Shown here: in pieces, positions 61,318 through 64,000 of the stretch
Layout: every line of letters starts with the position of its first letter
Position numbering within the stretch: the first letter of the stretch is position 1
Assembly (NCBI GenBank): GCA_963718615.1
Contig: OY970368.1
Location: forward strand, 1,248,001 to 1,312,000
DNA length: 64,000 nucleotides
Source: an uncultured cyanobacterium
Lineage (GTDB): Bacteria; Cyanobacteriota; Cyanobacteriia; PCC-9006; JAAUQQ01
Reading direction: 5' to 3'
Program-made: the position numbers and the translations under genes
Notes under the pieces: model-generated
Database searches by the model: none
What the model was told of the DNA's origin: nothing
Seen by the model: only the letters and a program-made list of their open reading frames with translations

Positions 61318-62265
61318 CTAATCAATCCCCCAGCGCCGCCGCCAGCTAGAGGTGGATTCGCGATCGCTCTCGGCCTGCTCCTGTTGTTGCTGTGCCAAAA
61401 TCGCCTCAGCCGAACCATTCAAGCCCGGATCTCGCAAAGGAATGCCCGCGCGGGTTTGCAAATGCTCCTGTTCTAGGGGCGAAAGCGGCATCAAGCCTTC
61501 ACCCGAGAAACTGGCCACGGTACCCAGGGACCATTCATGGGGACGAGCGGCCTGCGGCTGGGATAGGGGAATCGTGCCAATTTTTAACCCCGCTGCCACC
61601 AGGGCTGAGCGCACGGAGGCGGACCGGGAATAGGTGGCCAAAATCGCTTGGGGGGTCATCACAGCCGCCACCTGCCGAAAAAAGTCAACGGTCCACAGTT
61701 GCGGACAGCGCCGGGGCGAAAACGGATCGAAAAAGACTGCATCAGCTTGAAAACCGCTGGCTTGAACCTGGGCGATCGTCTGTCGCGCATCGCCAATCAA
61801 GAGCTGGGCTCGCAGTCTCGCCTCTGCCACCCCTTGCGATTGCGCCAATGCCCTTAAGCTCGCTTGGACCGGGGCTGACCAACCCTGTAGCAAATCCGAG
61901 TTGGCGGCAGCGATGGGCACCGAGGCGTCTAGCTCCAAACCATAGAGCTCCACCGGGCAGTGGGGATTGACTCGCCAAAGGGTTTCAAGGGCCGCAGCCG
62001 TGTTGTATCCCAAACCATAGCAAACGTCGAGTAATCGGACCGGTGATTGTAATGGTGATTGTAATGGTGAGCCGACCGAGGATTGCTGGGCTAAGAGCGG
62101 GAGTTGAGTGGCGATCGCAAACTTCTCCAAGGCCTCGCGTTTTGCCCCTTGGGTACTGTGAAAGGTCTCGTTAAAGACCGCTGAAAAAAAGGTAAAAGAG
62201 CCATCCTGGGTCAACTGAGGCACCCATGGCTCTGCTGTAGATGGGTCTGATTCAGCTTGTACCAT
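61318..62265 (-). CDS. MnmC-like (mnm5s2U34) methyltransferase domain protein
   Basis: TQDGSFTFFS..FHS..GA..EA..KF, DVCYGLGYN, FFDPFSP..CPQLWT. Confidence 0.85.
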   Translation of the reverse strand: MVQAESDPSTAEPWVPQLTQDGSFTFFSAVFNETFHSTQGAKREALEKFAIATQLPLLAQQSSVGSPLQSPLQSPVRLLDVCYGLGYNTAAALETLWRVNPHCPVELYGLELDASVPIAAANSDLLQGWSAPVQASLRALAQSQGVAEARLRAQLLIGDARQTIAQVQASGFQADAVFFDPFSPRRCPQLWTVDFFRQVAAVMTPQAILATYSRSASVRSALVAAGLKIGTIPLSQPQAARPHEWSLGTVASFSGEGLMPLSPLEQEHLQTRAGIPLRDPGLNGSAEAILAQQQQEQAESDRESTSSWRRRWGID

Positions 62266-62277
62266 CCAGGCGTCCTC

Positions 62278-63813
62278 CTAGGGCGTTCGTATTGTGGGCT
62301 GAATGACCAAGTTTAAGCCGATTTCAAACATGCGTTGCCAGGGCGAAGCAACCGTCAGGTCTTCAATCCGCCAAGCCCCAAACGAATGCCGCATCGTCCT
62401 TTGCCAGACGGCCTGAATCTGGCGAGCTATTTCTTGATGAATGGCGGGGGCTTGCTGATTAAAATCGTAATAAGATGCCCCTAGGGTTGGTAAATAGTTC
62501 TGGACCATCGCCCCTCGCACCACGCTTTGATAGGCCCAATCTTCGAGGAGATGGTGGATTTTGTTGAAGGCGATCGCCTCCCCCTCCCCGCCCTTCCAAC
62601 CCAAAATCGCCGTCGCCAACACCGTCCCAATGGTGTTACAACTCGTATTCCACCCCCCATAGGCCAAAAGTCCATCCCAAAGCTGGGCATCGTCTAGCAA
62701 CTGAACCAGTTCGGTTTCCCCTCCATTGGCAAAGGCCACATCGGCGACGGCAACCGCTTGACCTGCACCAAGATAGGCTTCGATTTGACTGACGAAGAAG
62801 CGTAAGTTGCGGTAGCTACTGTAGGTCATGTCCTTCTGGTCTTGGTCCCAAGCTTCCTGCATGACTTGGCCAGGGCTGTTGAGGGCAAGAATACAGTCGG
62901 CCTGAGCGGGGGTGGGGGCGAGTTGGGCTCCGGCGGCGAGCAGGTGCGATCGCAAGCTTTCCCCCAGGGGCCGATCTTCGTAGAGCGGCACAATCTGCTC
63001 GGCACAGACGGAACTATAGAGGGGGTAAAACCGGGGTTGAAGCCTCTGCTGTTGGGTATAGGCGCGCGCTAACAACGTGCAGCCCACTTCATCAGCTCCC
63101 GGATAGAGATGGACTTGGCGTTGCAGACGCAAGTCGCTAATTTTCCGGACAATTTGCTGTTGATCGATGGCGGTCAACCCGTAGGGAGCCGAGTCATCTT
63201 GGGGAATCGCCAAAAAGTCAATCACCCCCGCTTGCACCAAGTCGATCGTCGCTTGATTCACCGCAAGATTCTTGGCACGACGCTGTTGATAATCGGCAAG
63301 TACATCCGCCGGTAATTGGGCCGTGAGCTGTTGTAATTCTTGGGTTTCTTCGGGGGGGAGGGGGAGGCGATCGCCCCGGTCCGTCAGCCAACCCCAACGA
63401 AAGATCTGCGCCCCAAAGTCTGCGTAGTAATCCGGTTCCTCTTCGCTGCTGCTATAGGACGGCGTCCGCATAATCAGATTGCTGGCAAAGAGTTTCAGCT
63501 CAGGCTGCTTGGCTTTGATGGCTTTGAGGGGCTCTAGACAGGACAAGAGATGATCGATCGAATGATGGTGCAATCGCGAAGGCAGCAGCCCGCCATAGAC
63601 CAGCATCTCAATGGAAAGAATCGCGTAGTGGCAGTCGGAGAACTGCTTTTGGAGCCAATTCCAGAGGCGATCGCGATCGGCAGGTCGTTTCTTTTGACCC
63701 AAATATTCAAGGGGCGGCACCCGAAGATCGATCTGGGGCTGGAGACGCGCAATCTGTTGAGGATAGCTGAAATTGCATGGACGCTCGTCGAGGGGGAGGT
63801 AAAGGATCTTCAT
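62278..63813 (-). CDS. DUF4127 family protein
   Basis: LYLPLDERPCN, MLVYGGLLPSR, YPGADEVG, YGGWNTSCN.IG. Confidence 0.85.
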   Translation of the reverse strand: MKILYLPLDERPCNFSYPQQIARLQPQIDLRVPPLEYLGQKKRPADRDRLWNWLQKQFSDCHYAILSIEMLVYGGLLPSRLHHHSIDHLLSCLEPLKAIKAKQPELKLFASNLIMRTPSYSSSEEEPDYYADFGAQIFRWGWLTDRGDRLPLPPEETQELQQLTAQLPADVLADYQQRRAKNLAVNQATIDLVQAGVIDFLAIPQDDSAPYGLTAIDQQQIVRKISDLRLQRQVHLYPGADEVGCTLLARAYTQQQRLQPRFYPLYSSVCAEQIVPLYEDRPLGESLRSHLLAAGAQLAPTPAQADCILALNSPGQVMQEAWDQDQKDMTYSSYRNLRFFVSQIEAYLGAGQAVAVADVAFANGGETELVQLLDDAQLWDGLLAYGGWNTSCNTIGTVLATAILGWKGGEGEAIAFNKIHHLLEDWAYQSVVRGAMVQNYLPTLGASYYDFNQQAPAIHQEIARQIQAVWQRTMRHSFGAWRIEDLTVASPWQRMFEIGLNLVIQPTIRTP

Positions 63814-64000
63814 GCAAAAACAAATCAATCGTCAACAATGATGAGTTATTTGTTCCTACTGTAAGCGAGATGAGGGAGGATAGAACAATGACTTGACCTG
63901 AGAGTAGTGATTAATGTCCCGGTTGTCTGAAGCTTGCTTAAACCAGATTTTGGCTTATCAAATCTGTATTGCTTGGGCAGGAGAAGCCCTCTGTGAGCCC

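Overview
Cyanobacterial chromosomal DNA: HIP1 octamer GCGATCGC recurs throughout, and chlH and psb35 are present. (1) 1-27 kb is a visibly AT-richer general-stress/desiccation-type cluster. It holds a GH15 glycosidase, TspO, glucose 1-dehydrogenase, a group-2 sigma factor, a five-gene kinase/receiver relay with a divergent NarL-family regulator, DUF1328, DUF2294, MscS, Dps, a ChaB-domain protein, YihY, a 1052-aa repeat protein and Psb35. (2) 30-39.3 kb is a toxin-antitoxin/Uma2 hotspot around chlH, with a duplicated chlH 3' end and several gene remnants. (3) 39-64 kb is mostly housekeeping and transport (MscS pair, metH, leuA, MarR, acnB, AAA ATPase, MnmC-like MTase, DUF4127). The strongest unexplained signal is a degenerate 16-bp inverted repeat (about TCYNYC-N4-GRNRGA), found by eye 22-23 bp upstream of a -10-like hexamer at about 12 promoters, which suggests an uncharacterised general-stress regulon. 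Also notable are a Leu-rich leader peptide before leuA and a 24-nt double-hairpin element inserted in a HIP1 site. All family calls come from motif recognition, not database searches.
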